Assembly: GCA_964187785.1 (NCBI GenBank) | Contig: OZ076409.1 | Location: 34,350,001 to 34,414,000, forward strand | Length of the DNA stretch: 64,000 bases | Origin: Amphiscolops sp. MND2022 | Lineage: Eukaryota | Direction: 5' to 3' | Part shown: positions 29,501 to 41,500 of the stretch, one piece after another | Numbering within the stretch: position 1 is the stretch's first letter | How the letters are laid out: each line of letters begins with the position of its first letter | Program-made: the position numbers and the translations under genes | Notes under the pieces: model-generated | What the model saw: only the letters and a program-made list of their open reading frames with translations | Database searches by the model: none | What the model was told of the DNA's origin: nothing

Positions 29501-32500
29501 TCCGTGCAGGCGAAGGTGAACCGGTGCCACGTAATGGACTGATATCACTTCGACTACGATAAGCTTCGTAACCCTGTAAACCCTTTCGGGCGGGGCTGCT
29601 TTTCCGATCCATAGACGACGTAACCAATTAAAAGTTTAACCAGGTAATTTAAGCTCCGAAACTGATGAGATGTCTTGCACTGGTAAATGCAAGTTTTCAG
29701 CCCAAATCAGCCAATGGTGAAGACAAAACCTCTTTTTATGACTGCTCTTTTTATAATATAAGTTATTGAAAGAGAAACGCAGTACCACACTGTGCAGTAT
29801 GATACAATAGAAGAGGCTCTATATTATTATAAGTCAAATAATATAAAAACTAGTAGAAGCAGTAACTAAGCACTCGTGAAGCCGTATTTTAAACTGCGTT
29901 CAAAATTCAGCTCTAAGCGTTGAATTGCTAGAGCTCGTTAAGAATGAAGCACAGAAACATTTCATTAAACGTTCAAGGGCCAAACTTCAATTTGGACTCA
30001 GTTCGGTGCCAAAAGTTACAATTGTACCATCCACCATTGCTGGTAGATTTTGTTGTTCTTCAGATCGCGCACAAAACTCGTGTTCATTAAACCAACAGCA
30101 GAAAAATCACAAACGATTTTCAACGATGAAATAATTTTTAACTTATATTGTATCAAAACAAAGTACACGTGATACTATACACTATTATTATACCTGAAGT
30201 TAGATTTATAAACTGGATGAATGCACATACTAAAGATGAAAGAATGGTTTTTAAAATGCACTGGTTTTTGAGTGAGCTCAATGTGAGCTTTTTATGCGCT
30301 CAGAGAGTTTGATTCAATGCTGCGATGAATGAACATGATTATTTTAAATGTTGAACTTACTAGATTTTTACACACCAGACGCAAAGTGTCACCCTAGTGA
30401 GACATATAGAGTGAAAAACCATGAAAACAGATTCATTTGGGTTAGAATTTTCGAAAGCCTGAATAAATAAGGCTTTCATATACAGGTAACTGAATTCCTG
30501 TACTAAATACAGTTTTCGATACATTAAAACACTGTACACATGGAGTAAATCTGAATCCTGTCAGAAAACCATTTGGTAGACATGCATATATGTACTTATG
30601 CGATTATACTGACATAAAGGAAAAACCCACAATAATGGCTAAATCCTTACTTCATAAACACAGGAAAAAGAGACTAACGTGATATTTTGCACTTTCGTAT
30701 TTGTCACGTAACTCTTCTAACTCTGTCTTGAGTTTCTCGAAGTGTACCTGAGTTGCAGAGATCTACAAAAGAAAAGAATTTTAGACACACATCTAATTCC
30801 TCTAAGTGTAGAGAGTAGTCAGTGGTGAATTTTCTATTCTAAATAGGATTTTATATAGTACATAGTAAGAAGAAGGGTAAATTTTTCTATTGGAAGACTT
30901 TTCTCATCTTATGAGCTCATCATTTCACATAATCCTCATATAAAACTTCCTATAAAAAATTCCATTCGAGAAAAATAATTTGTTGCATCCTGAATGAGAT
31001 TCTTCACAAGGATCTTTTTCACTGGTCGCCACTGATTATAACCCATTAAAACATACCTGGTGATCTTGCATGAGAATATGCTCCGTAGACCGACCTTCCA
31101 TTTCGTTCAAAGTTCTCAATAGATTGTTTTTCTAAAACAAAAGCTTCTACACAAAAACTGTCCACTATTTTACTGTTAATTTCAAAGTATCATATTATCA
31201 ATTCTTCTGAAAAAACTATACTATCTAGGAAGCCAAAGTGTTTGAAAAGTCATATTTCGGTTTTAGGCTACAATAATCTTTAAATTCAAACTTCAATAGA
31301 AAGACATATCTGAAACAAGTACATACACCTGATAATTCATTATCTAGCCGCACAATTGAGCAATGTACCAATTTGAACTGCATTTGATTCTTCTCGGAAA
31401 TAAGAAAATAGGCCCAGTATTTTTTCTGCGAGGCACAGTATTATTTCTGCTTTCAGGCTCTCACCTTCAATAATATCTTAATCATTTATATAGCGCACAA
31501 TTAATCACTACAAGTTAACACCGCTTTTACTTCTCCTCGGACTAAAGACAATAAAACTACTAAGCGTAGACGAAGTTTCGCATTAGCATTTGAATGCAGG
31601 CGAAGCTCTCGGCGAACGAATAATTAACACTCGTTCGCTTCATTTCAATAACTCGGCGTACGAGAGCATAATTACGAACATTCGCTCACTTCATCTCAAT
31701 GAATCCGGCGTACGAAAGCATAATTACCACTCGCTCGTTCCATCGCACGAGAAAGGAATTGTTGTCGGCAGCTTGAGAATTTAAATCTCACGCTTATATT
31801 CACTGTCCAACAAACAAAATATCTCAATTCTTCAGTAGGCACTCGTAATCACGACACAAAGTGAACTGGAAAAAAAGCTCAATAATTCAGATTTCAATAA
31901 TATTCCTGCTATCGCAGAAATAACAAACCCACAACTACAAAGCTTGCATTCGTATGACGTTTCGTACAGTACCGTGATTAAAAAACCGTCACATGTATGT
32001 GCTGAGGATAACAAGACGGGAACGTCTCATGTCGGCGCTATATCTAAGGCTCAAATAAAATCGAAGAAAGACTCTTTGGAGACAAAAAATTAGACAAAAA
32101 AGTAGCACAGTGCCGAAAAAATCCAAAGGGGGACCCTTTAGGCACGTCAGGTTTTGTATGCTACGTTTAAAAAGTAAAAAACCAAAGGGGGACCCTTTGG
32201 AATAACTTAGATGCGTTTCCCGGGTATTCGTTTAGTTTCCTATAGTTGAACAAACTGAACAAAACGTTAACGTTCGTCGCTTCGAGTCTGTCTTAAAAAA
32301 GAAACAAAACGGGTGACTGTATTAGTCGGGCTCTTTTATTTTAATGGAAGCGTCGACTAAAAATTGGAAAAGAGCAAACAAAGATGAATTTAGCTCAAAA
32401 TCAGCTATTTGTAACTTTCAAAATCTTTTGTCTCTGAAATTTAAAAATATATAAACTAGTTGAAATTCTAAAAAGCTTTTATTTCTTATGTTTTCAAATT

Positions 32501-35500
32501 TTTCGAACGATTACGACCTAAAATCGCCCGGGGGATTATTTGAGAAGCACTGCCTCGCTTCTATGAGTATTTACAAGCCGGGATCGGCCCAAGTCGGCGC
32601 CATGTCTAAGGCTCAAAAATAGCAAAAGGACTTCAAAGGGTCAAAGTATTCTCTTCTACAGTTCCTGAAAAACCCGAAAAGTCGGACCGAATTGGACCGA
32701 AAAGGGGACCTTTTCGCATTTTCAACATCCATTGTTGCAAAACATCAAAACATTGAAGGGGACCCTTTGGGGAAAATCTTTTTCATAAAAAAAGTCTCAC
32801 AAAGCCGAAAAACTGAAAGGGGGGCTTTAGTTTCTCCCGGTATCGTATGTTACGCGGAAATAGAGGAAAACCTTTTTGGTTCAGTTCGCTGGGCCAAATG
32901 ATTCAATTTGGGACCATAAAGTTTGGTAAAACTTTTAAAGAACTATCTTGGCCAGTTCGTGTGGATTGAAAAAAAGAGTCACTATAATAATCGCGTTTCA
33001 CTTCATGAAGCGCTAACTTAAAAAACTAGCTAAAGACTTGGAGTAGCGCTTCCTCACTGCCAATTACAATTGCTGCTTCACTGTATTGATTGGTGACCAG
33101 GTTGGTAAAAGCTCTAGAAAACAAGCCGGGACCGGCCCAGCTCGGCGCCATATCTAAGGCTCAAAAGGACTTCAATATGTCAAAGTATAGGTGAGTTGGG
33201 GACCCTTTTATGAAAAAAAATTTTGGAAAAAAGTCTCACAATGCCGAAAAAAACTGAAAGGGGGGACCCTTTGGTCTCGCCCGGTATGGTATGTTACGCG
33301 GGAAAACAGGAAAAACCTTTTTGGTTCAGTTCGCCAGGCCAAATGGTGCAATTTGGTGCAATAATTTTTTGTAGAACTTTTGTAGAACTATTTTGGTCAG
33401 TTCAGGTGGTCTTAAAAAACACTGACGAAAAGCCATGACTATAGTCGACTCTTGTCTAAAGAAAAGCGCCGACTAAAAATCACATTTACGGCTTCTATAA
33501 CATTTCAGCTCACGCAGAAATATTAATAACACTGAAAGACGAACAATTGTACTTAATTACCTGCATATTAGCAAGCAACATTTTCAACGTAAAATACCTA
33601 TCACTGATATCGAACTCAGAAACTGAAAATAACTCCCTCTTTGCTTGGATATTTGATCACATGCTGGTTAGGAGAGAGAATAACGCCTGAAAGAGAATAA
33701 CGCCCGGGAATAACTTCTAAGTTCAATGTATAATGGCATTGAGGCATGGAATCAACATGACATGGCTTTAGACGTTATTCCCGAGAACGATTTAGACGTT
33801 ATTTTCCTTGTTGGTCCGAGAACCTTCAACAGAAACTAAAAACTATAGATCAATTCCGAAGTAGCATGATGCTAAGTTTTCACAAAAACATAAGTAGAAG
33901 GATCTGGGAACACTAATTGAAGAAACTAAAAACAAATGTTAACTATAACAAATACTTCACCGAAAATAGGAAACCAGACGCAGATAGTGTGCTTCGCTGC
34001 TTAAATCATGAAAGTGAATCAATAAAGCATAAAGTAAAAATCAAAAAAGTTGATAGTATTTGAATTTGGTTCTGTTACCTCAGTTTTCAAATTTTCAATT
34101 TGGGTGTTCAAAAGTTGATTCTTCCTCTCCATCTCCTCTATAGTCTTGTTGGACTCCTTTTCCTGGAAAAAAACTGTTTTGTACTTTTCGTCATTAGGAT
34201 AAAAATAATTTTCACGACATAATGTCCTGAGTTGAATTTCAGTTCTATCACATAGAGCTTACCCGCTTCGAGGCTTCCTGGAGATCGTTTCTCATTCCGC
34301 TCACGACTTTCTCCATGTCTGTGATTTGGTTTTTACTCTCCCTCGTGTCTTGCAGAAGATTTGAATATTCGGTCTGCAACTTTTTGAATGCCTCCTAAAG
34401 CAGGCAGCAGTCAAGAAATTAAGAAGTTGATTGAGCTAGAGTGATTTTTTGAATAAAGATGATCGAAACTGGAACCACGAATTATTAGCAGAATTAAAAA
34501 AGTTTCAACAATAATTTGGACTGGCTAGAAACAGCCACATGGCAAGCATTCAAGAATTGCATGGTTTGATCGGTCATCTTCAAATCTGCAGATTTAATGC
34601 CTTAGGGCCGCCAAAGAAGGTACATTCCTATTGTGATGACAGTGCCCGAGCGGTGAGGCAGCTAACATTATTTTAGTGATTTCTGTATTAGTTTCTTGAA
34701 GAGATTTTGTATCTTGGAATTGAGAGTTCTACTCCTTTCGCTCTTGATAGATTCTAATAAGAGAAGAAGATTGATTAAGAAACGTGAATTTAGTTATAAA
34801 ATCAGATGACATTCTAAGAGCATGAGATAACGTAGTTATGCTTAAGAAGCGTTTCAATCAAGTGACTTCTGTTCTGTCTCATATCTTGAGTGTCTATCGT
34901 TTCTTCTTGTGGCACTTCGATCCCATCGGTCCGCGTCTGTGATTGGCTGTTGCGGCTTGACTTCGAATTTTTGTAGTGTATATTTTCAGGACTATGATAT
35001 CTCATGACCATAGTCATGACACTACCCGCAAAGAAAAGAACATGAGGGCCAGATCACAATGAAGCGGGACCAGCAGAAAAAGGTGAAGAGCCATCATCAG
35101 GAGCGTGAAACAAGAAGAAAAATGAACCAACAGGTGAAAAACTTTGGTGGAGCACACACACAAAACCCAAAAAAAATGTAAAAAGAAAAAGATGAAGGGG
35201 GAACCTCGACTTTGGAAAAAAGGGGATGAAAAGAGCATGAAATTGAGAAAGTGTGAAGAAAAGAAGTTTAAAAGTTCGTGCGGCTATAGAGGCACTAGTG
35301 TATTTGCGAAAGAGAAGTGATTAGTAAAAATACGAATCACTGTAATTGTTGACAGAGCGCAAAAGGCAAAGAACAAATTAACAGCGGATGCTGAAGTGTG
35401 CCAGCGAGGCACAATATTTACTAATGCTCACCAAAAGGCAATTATGCGGTTAGAAAGCCTATTTGGAGTATGACTCAAATGTTCTGTGGGGACGTTTATC

Positions 35501-38500
35501 TCATTAGAATGTATGCTGATACAAGATGAAAACAGGATCAGCAGAAAGAGTATATTGACTGGTTAAATAGATTGGATCATCATTTAAGAGTTGTATATTA
35601 ACAAGAGAAAGAAAAGGGACCTATATGGTCGAAACGGTTCAAGATTATGAATCAAAAGCGATGATGACCAAAGAATGATCAACGAAGTGACAAAGTCACT
35701 CCAGAAGCTTGAAGTGCGGTCTGTGTATGTGTAAAGACACGATACTAAAGAAATGAATAAATATCATGACACGCGCTATCAAGATCCCAAAAGGGAGGAG
35801 AGAACACTTTTATCCGAGAAAGTCATTACATAAAGGAGGGGGAAGCATACATGGAAGAGTTCATGTGCATGTTGGTAACAGTTTCTTCAGGCAAATATAT
35901 ACATTTATCTCGCCAATGATTATCTTTATGAGTGCGGAAATAATCAATTTTCTCAAGCGGGGCGGAAAGCACCGGTTTGAGGGAAACTTTTTCTTTATTT
36001 TCTGTATCAAAGAAAGAAAATGGTTTGAAACGATGTAAACTTTTGCAACGGTGTAGTAGTAACGTCAAAAGAGCATGAAGTATCATTGAGATTAGAAAAC
36101 TGCAAACTCCTATGAGGAGGGTGGTAGTGAATGTTGATGCTTTATTTATTTCACCTAAAAATGGACTTTTCATTTGAACCATTTTTGCAGCAATAGGTTG
36201 AGCGAGAGCAAAAAGTGAGTCATTTGCTCGGGAGGGATTATTGATGTATTTTATATCATGTTTGATGGATTTCAGTAAGTCAATGGCAGCGGAAGTTTTT
36301 GTGTTGTAAAAAGGGAGTTCTGCTACAGATGGCAATGTACTCAATACTGCAGCAGGAGGGTCCGGAAGAAGGACATTCACTGTGACAGCTGGAAGCAGAG
36401 AACAACTGTCCAAATCTGATCGCAAGTGTAGATTGGGGCCAGAGAGTTGTTCACCACAACCCAAAGTGACAATACAAATTTTGCATCCATCCACTGTGGA
36501 AGAGTGAGCGGGTTGCATAGAGGTCATCTGGCTGCGACGTAGTTGAAAGTTGGGAGAGGCAGACACAATGAGCCAGATCCCATAGCGTAGATTGATAGCT
36601 CGTTCGGTAGTGGGCAGTTGGTATGGTTTCACGTTGCATACTTGCATCGCTTGTACAAGATTTCCAAAGATTAATAGTGACAGACATGACGAATATAGGC
36701 CTTCAGTGACAATCCCTTGGCGGCAGATGCTGTAACGGGCAGAGCCTATGCAGTGACCAATGTCACGATGGCTTAACAGGGCCGTTTCACGAGCATCGGC
36801 GGAGACTGCAAGGTATTCGGATTCATTATCCCAAAGGAGAGCTATGTCTTCATCTGGTTGGGGCATTGGGATAGGGATGGCCTGATATATCGTCATAACA
36901 GTTTGTTTGGAAGCTAGTGGAATCGACATGGTCAAAAAGAGGCCCTTTTCCAGGGTGACGACATCTTGGAGGAGTTGGGCATCATAGTATGACATGATGT
37001 CGTTGAATGGAATTGCCAAAGTGAGTCGATCGTCAGAGTTGAATTGAATGTCCCCGACCTTCAGGAGAACTCGTTCCAGAGAATCCCGAGTCAGGAGTGA
37101 CATCGGAACATACTTATTCAGCAACGCAGGGACACTGTTTAACAAGTTCAATCGATAGGCAAAGAGGGCAGCACTGTACGCCTTTATATTCGAATAGAAG
37201 AGTGCGAGCAAGGAGGCAACTGTGTCAAAATTGAAATTGATTTGTTGTCGTGTGAACAACAACTGGTCACAGTTACGCATTTCGTGGATGTCCTGGCGGA
37301 AAGTTTCCAATTGCTCTGAGATGAGGTGCCAATTGGTATTCTGTATCTCGGCCATCTGATTTTGGACATCGTAAATTGATTGGAGCTCGCGACTCACAAT
37401 ATAAAACTTGTCATTCGTGACTGTGCGCAAATGTTCAAAATTTTCGAAGAGCTGAGATTGAGCCGTGAACATGCGGTTGATTGCTTCTTTGTTCTCCCGA
37501 GCCTGGCAATTTCCAAGAATTCCCATGAGGCCACAATCGCCAGATCCCATGGCAACACCTGAGCCAAAGAGGCCTATGGCTCCTAGGGCGATGGGTGCCA
37601 GAGGGAGAGCGCGTTTGGAGCGATTGGAAGAGGGAGATTGGATGGGTGGCGAAAGAAGCGAGGCAACTTCCTTACGAAGATTGATGATCGCTGTTTCTGC
37701 CAAGGAAACTTCCTTTTGAACTTCATTAACGAGCCAATGAACTTGGAAATCCTCCATTGAGACATTCGTGAATTGAAGGTTGCAGAAAAATGTCGGCATC
37801 TTCCACATTGAGTGAAGAGTATTCGTGATGTTACGGAGTTCGTCCTTGATGAATATGTCAAACTGTGGAAAAGGCAAGAGAAATTGGATGTTGATAAACT
37901 TTTCTGCCAAGAGAATCTTTCTATCTTCATGGAAGATTATGCCTTTCTTCAGATCTCCATCAGTACCGTCAAACGGGACGGGTGCAGAGAAAAGGCAATG
38001 CATGGAATGCAGAAGGAGAAAGATAAGAAAGACAATCATTCCGACAGTTTGAATATTTTGTTACAGTGTTGTGAATGTAGATTTGTACTTGATGTATATT
38101 AAATTTTCAAGAGAGCGAGTTTTTTGGCGAATTTCAGCAAAGTGAGAATGAAAAAATGCTTGTGGTGTAAGCAACCGTTGTTGAATTGATCAGCGGGAGT
38201 TATGATTCGAAAGTGAACATTATTCGAGAAGAGTTAATATTTACACCGCACCTTTTCCGGTGGGTATTTGATTCTGCTAGCAAGGGGTGTGCCTGAGTTG
38301 TTTATTTGTGAATTCGAGAAAATACTTCGTGAGGAGTACCTTATATGGGTGTTTTAATCATTTATGGTAGGAATCAATAAAAATGGTATGCGTGAACAAA
38401 ATTTGATACAATTTGAACAAAATTTTCGTGAGAGGTGCTTTTTGAAGGTGTTTATTACTACTTTGCTATTGTTTCAAATTCAGTCAGTCGTTTTGAAAGT

Positions 38501-41500
38501 CAGTGTTTCAAAGTTGAGATCAAGTCCCTTTTGATTATCTACTATCGAGAGTCATCAGTTTTATTCTGCAAGCAGTTCATCAGAGTAATTGAAAAAAGTA
38601 AGTTCCTAGTTAACATGTGTGATCGAGTTTTTCAGACAAACTTTGAAAAAAATGTCTTGCCTTACGGCAAAATTCAAAGAGTTTGTACTCTTGTGTTGCC
38701 CTGAGGGCACATACGTGAGAAGGGGAGGCCGGCTTCTCTCCTTCATCGCCGAATGGCACCCGGACTGCCCCACCAGAAGGAGGAGCCCCGTCAGCGCAGG
38801 GCAGACAGAGGCCCTCACAACTGGATGGGTCCTTGTGGGGTTGTGTGTGGCGGCAATGGCCGCAGTCGGATGGCTTCTGGTGAAGCGCTGGCGAGCCAGG
38901 CGGGCGTGAGCCAGCAGTTTTAGAAGTAGTTTTTAGACAGTAGTAGACTAACTTAGACTTTTGAATTTAGAATTTGTAGCTTTTAGAATTGTAGATATTT
39001 GTATAATTGAAGAGAAAAAAATCAAATGTAGTATGTTCTAGAGCATTTGCAATGCGCAAAAGTATGATTTTCAGTGAGTGAAAGCAGACAGCGTCATGAT
39101 TGAATTGTTTCAGAGCGTGTTTGAGAATGGATCGCTTTTTGAGAGAGGCTGTCATGGCATATTTGAAGGAGGGAAAAATGGATACTGTGGTGTTGACCAC
39201 AGCTGAGAAAAGAGGCAACTTCAAGAAATTTTGTCTGAATATGAAGGTGGGCGTGGACGGGAAGTTGCTGTACAAGGGGCGAAGGCATGACTTTCGACCT
39301 GTGCCTACCCCCGAACAGGTGGACAACGTTTTATACAAGGTCCACGTGAAGGGATACAAAGAGGGAGAGAGCGACTTCAACAAGGAGCATTACCGAGGGG
39401 CACAGAGGCACATCGACGCCTTGTCAAACGCTGGATTTGGCTATCCCTCAGCATTGGGCGGATTGGCTGCACTCGTAAACGAGTGAGTAGTTTTTGATTT
39501 GATACGCAAAAGGAAGAATACTAATTTTGTTCTTAAAAAAATGGGGTCATAGAGATGTGAACATGTAGTGCAATCTATTTCAAATTAGCGGAAAACGATG
39601 TGTTGTAGGTTCCTGAGGAACTGTCAGACCTGCTACTTCAAGAGCAGTGAAGGGATGAAGAAGCAGATGTATCTCTCAGTGCCGTTAGGAAAGCGAGTGG
39701 AGTTATGTCAGCGATTCGGGTACACTTGCATGTGGGAGAGGCAAACAAGAACCACAGGAAGTGTTCCGATAGAGCTCGGAGAACCGAGTCGGAAGGAGCC
39801 AATGGGAGAACTAGCAGAAGTCGGCGGAGAGTGCTTTTTCTCCAGCGTCTACTATCTCCTATGCGGAAGAAAATCAGGTCAGTATCAACAAATACGGAAA
39901 AAAAACCTGTGTAGGGCTCTTGACATAACTAGAGATGAAATAGAAAAAAAACGAAAATTCATAAATTTTGCGTCAGAGCGGAAGCACACTAATGCCAGCA
40001 GAAATTGCAAGGCTATCCGGGTTGCAGCGACACAGGCAATGCAAACGGATACTTTCAAGGAGTTTTGTCGAGCCAGTCTGGGGACAGCTCCGAATGACTT
40101 CTTAGCAAAAGAATGTGCTAAGGTCACAGCAAGCATTTCCGAAGCGGCAGTTAGTGGTTCGACCGTATTCTTCATGGATATGGTAGGTCTTCAAAAGGGG
40201 CTGATTTGAGGTGTTTTTGCAGATTCTAGCCACTGCTTGGGTGCTCGGATTGGATCTCATGGTCTACTGGCAATATTGGGACAAAGGAGGGTGGATCCGA
40301 TATCGACATGGGCCCAACAGTAGCGCACGGGGCAGAAGCCTATTATGTCAGGCAATACAGGGCGGGGAACGATTTCGAATCCGGTTCCATTGCGAACCAT
40401 TGCCAGATTTCCCTGAGCCAGAGTAAGTACGATATACAAGATATATCAGAGAATCCAAAGCGAGAAATGAAAGAAATATGAGCAATAATGGAATAATTTC
40501 GTGTTTTGTACAGACTAATAACTTCAGTGCGTGTCCGGGGGCTTCCTGAGCAAGCCTTCCAAGAGGAGGAAGAACATGGAGCCTGTGGGACAAGCGCCAG
40601 TCCATAAAATGGGTGAGAAAATAACTTTATTTTTCGTAAAACACTCGAAAATATAAGATTTCGGCCATATTTGGGCTTATTTTGCGAGCATAAGAAGCCA
40701 AAAGGCGTTCAAAATAAAGCAAAATGAAGGTCTATGGATGTACAGACCCGTACGCGTGGAAGCAGAAGCAAAAAATACAGTAAGAACTAAAAAAAATGAA
40801 GAAAAAATTGAAATTTTCCAATATCCAGGAGGTGAGCCTCCGGGGTATGTCAGAAAAACTTTTTTAAATATTTTTTTGCTTCGATTTTCAATTTTTTGTG
40901 CTAAATCGATAGGAAACCGAAAAATAATCGGCTGCTTGGAGTTTTCCGGGGTGAAAAAGTCATAGTTTCAATTTTTGGGCATGTTAGAGGGTCCATTAGG
41001 GAGGGTCAAAATTTCGATCCAAATTTAGGGCAAAATTTCACAAAGAAAGAAATGGTTGCGGTAAGATCTGAGGCCTGGAGTGGAAGCTCCAAAGTCTACA
41101 GATTGTAACGGTACTAGGTCCGTAGCGGTACGATCGGTAGTCATAGAGAAAATGACATTTTAAGGCAAATTTTCACCATTTGCAGGGTCTGTTTGGTACA
41201 TGGGCCGAGAAATTTCGGTGTAAAGCGGGGATTTTGAGTACTCTAAAGTGCAGTGGAAGGTAAGGTGAGGTGAACTCAAGGATGTAAAAGCGAAATACAT
41301 CGTTCGTGGCAAAAAAATATAATAAAAATGAAAAAAAAGTGTAAAAATCTGTCAAATCGATAGTTTATATCCATGAAAGGCAAAGTCTATTTCTAACGAT
41401 TTGGGTTGAAAAAAGACCTTTTGGTAGGGTTTTGGCGTAAGCGCTGGGGTCTACCAGTGCTAGATTGAACGGAAGTGACGGTCGTAGTCACAGAGGCAGA

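Noticed and set aside
34814..35017. 67 aa ORF duplicated at 48057-48260
   Set aside because: It lies within the LTRs, which explains the duplication; no recognisable motif.
39878..39976. In-frame segment GQYQQIRKKN...KFINFAS of ORF 39598-40209 read as coding
   Set aside because: It is A-rich and bounded by GTCAGT and a cag acceptor, so I model it as a 99 nt intron. Retention stays possible because it has no stop codon.
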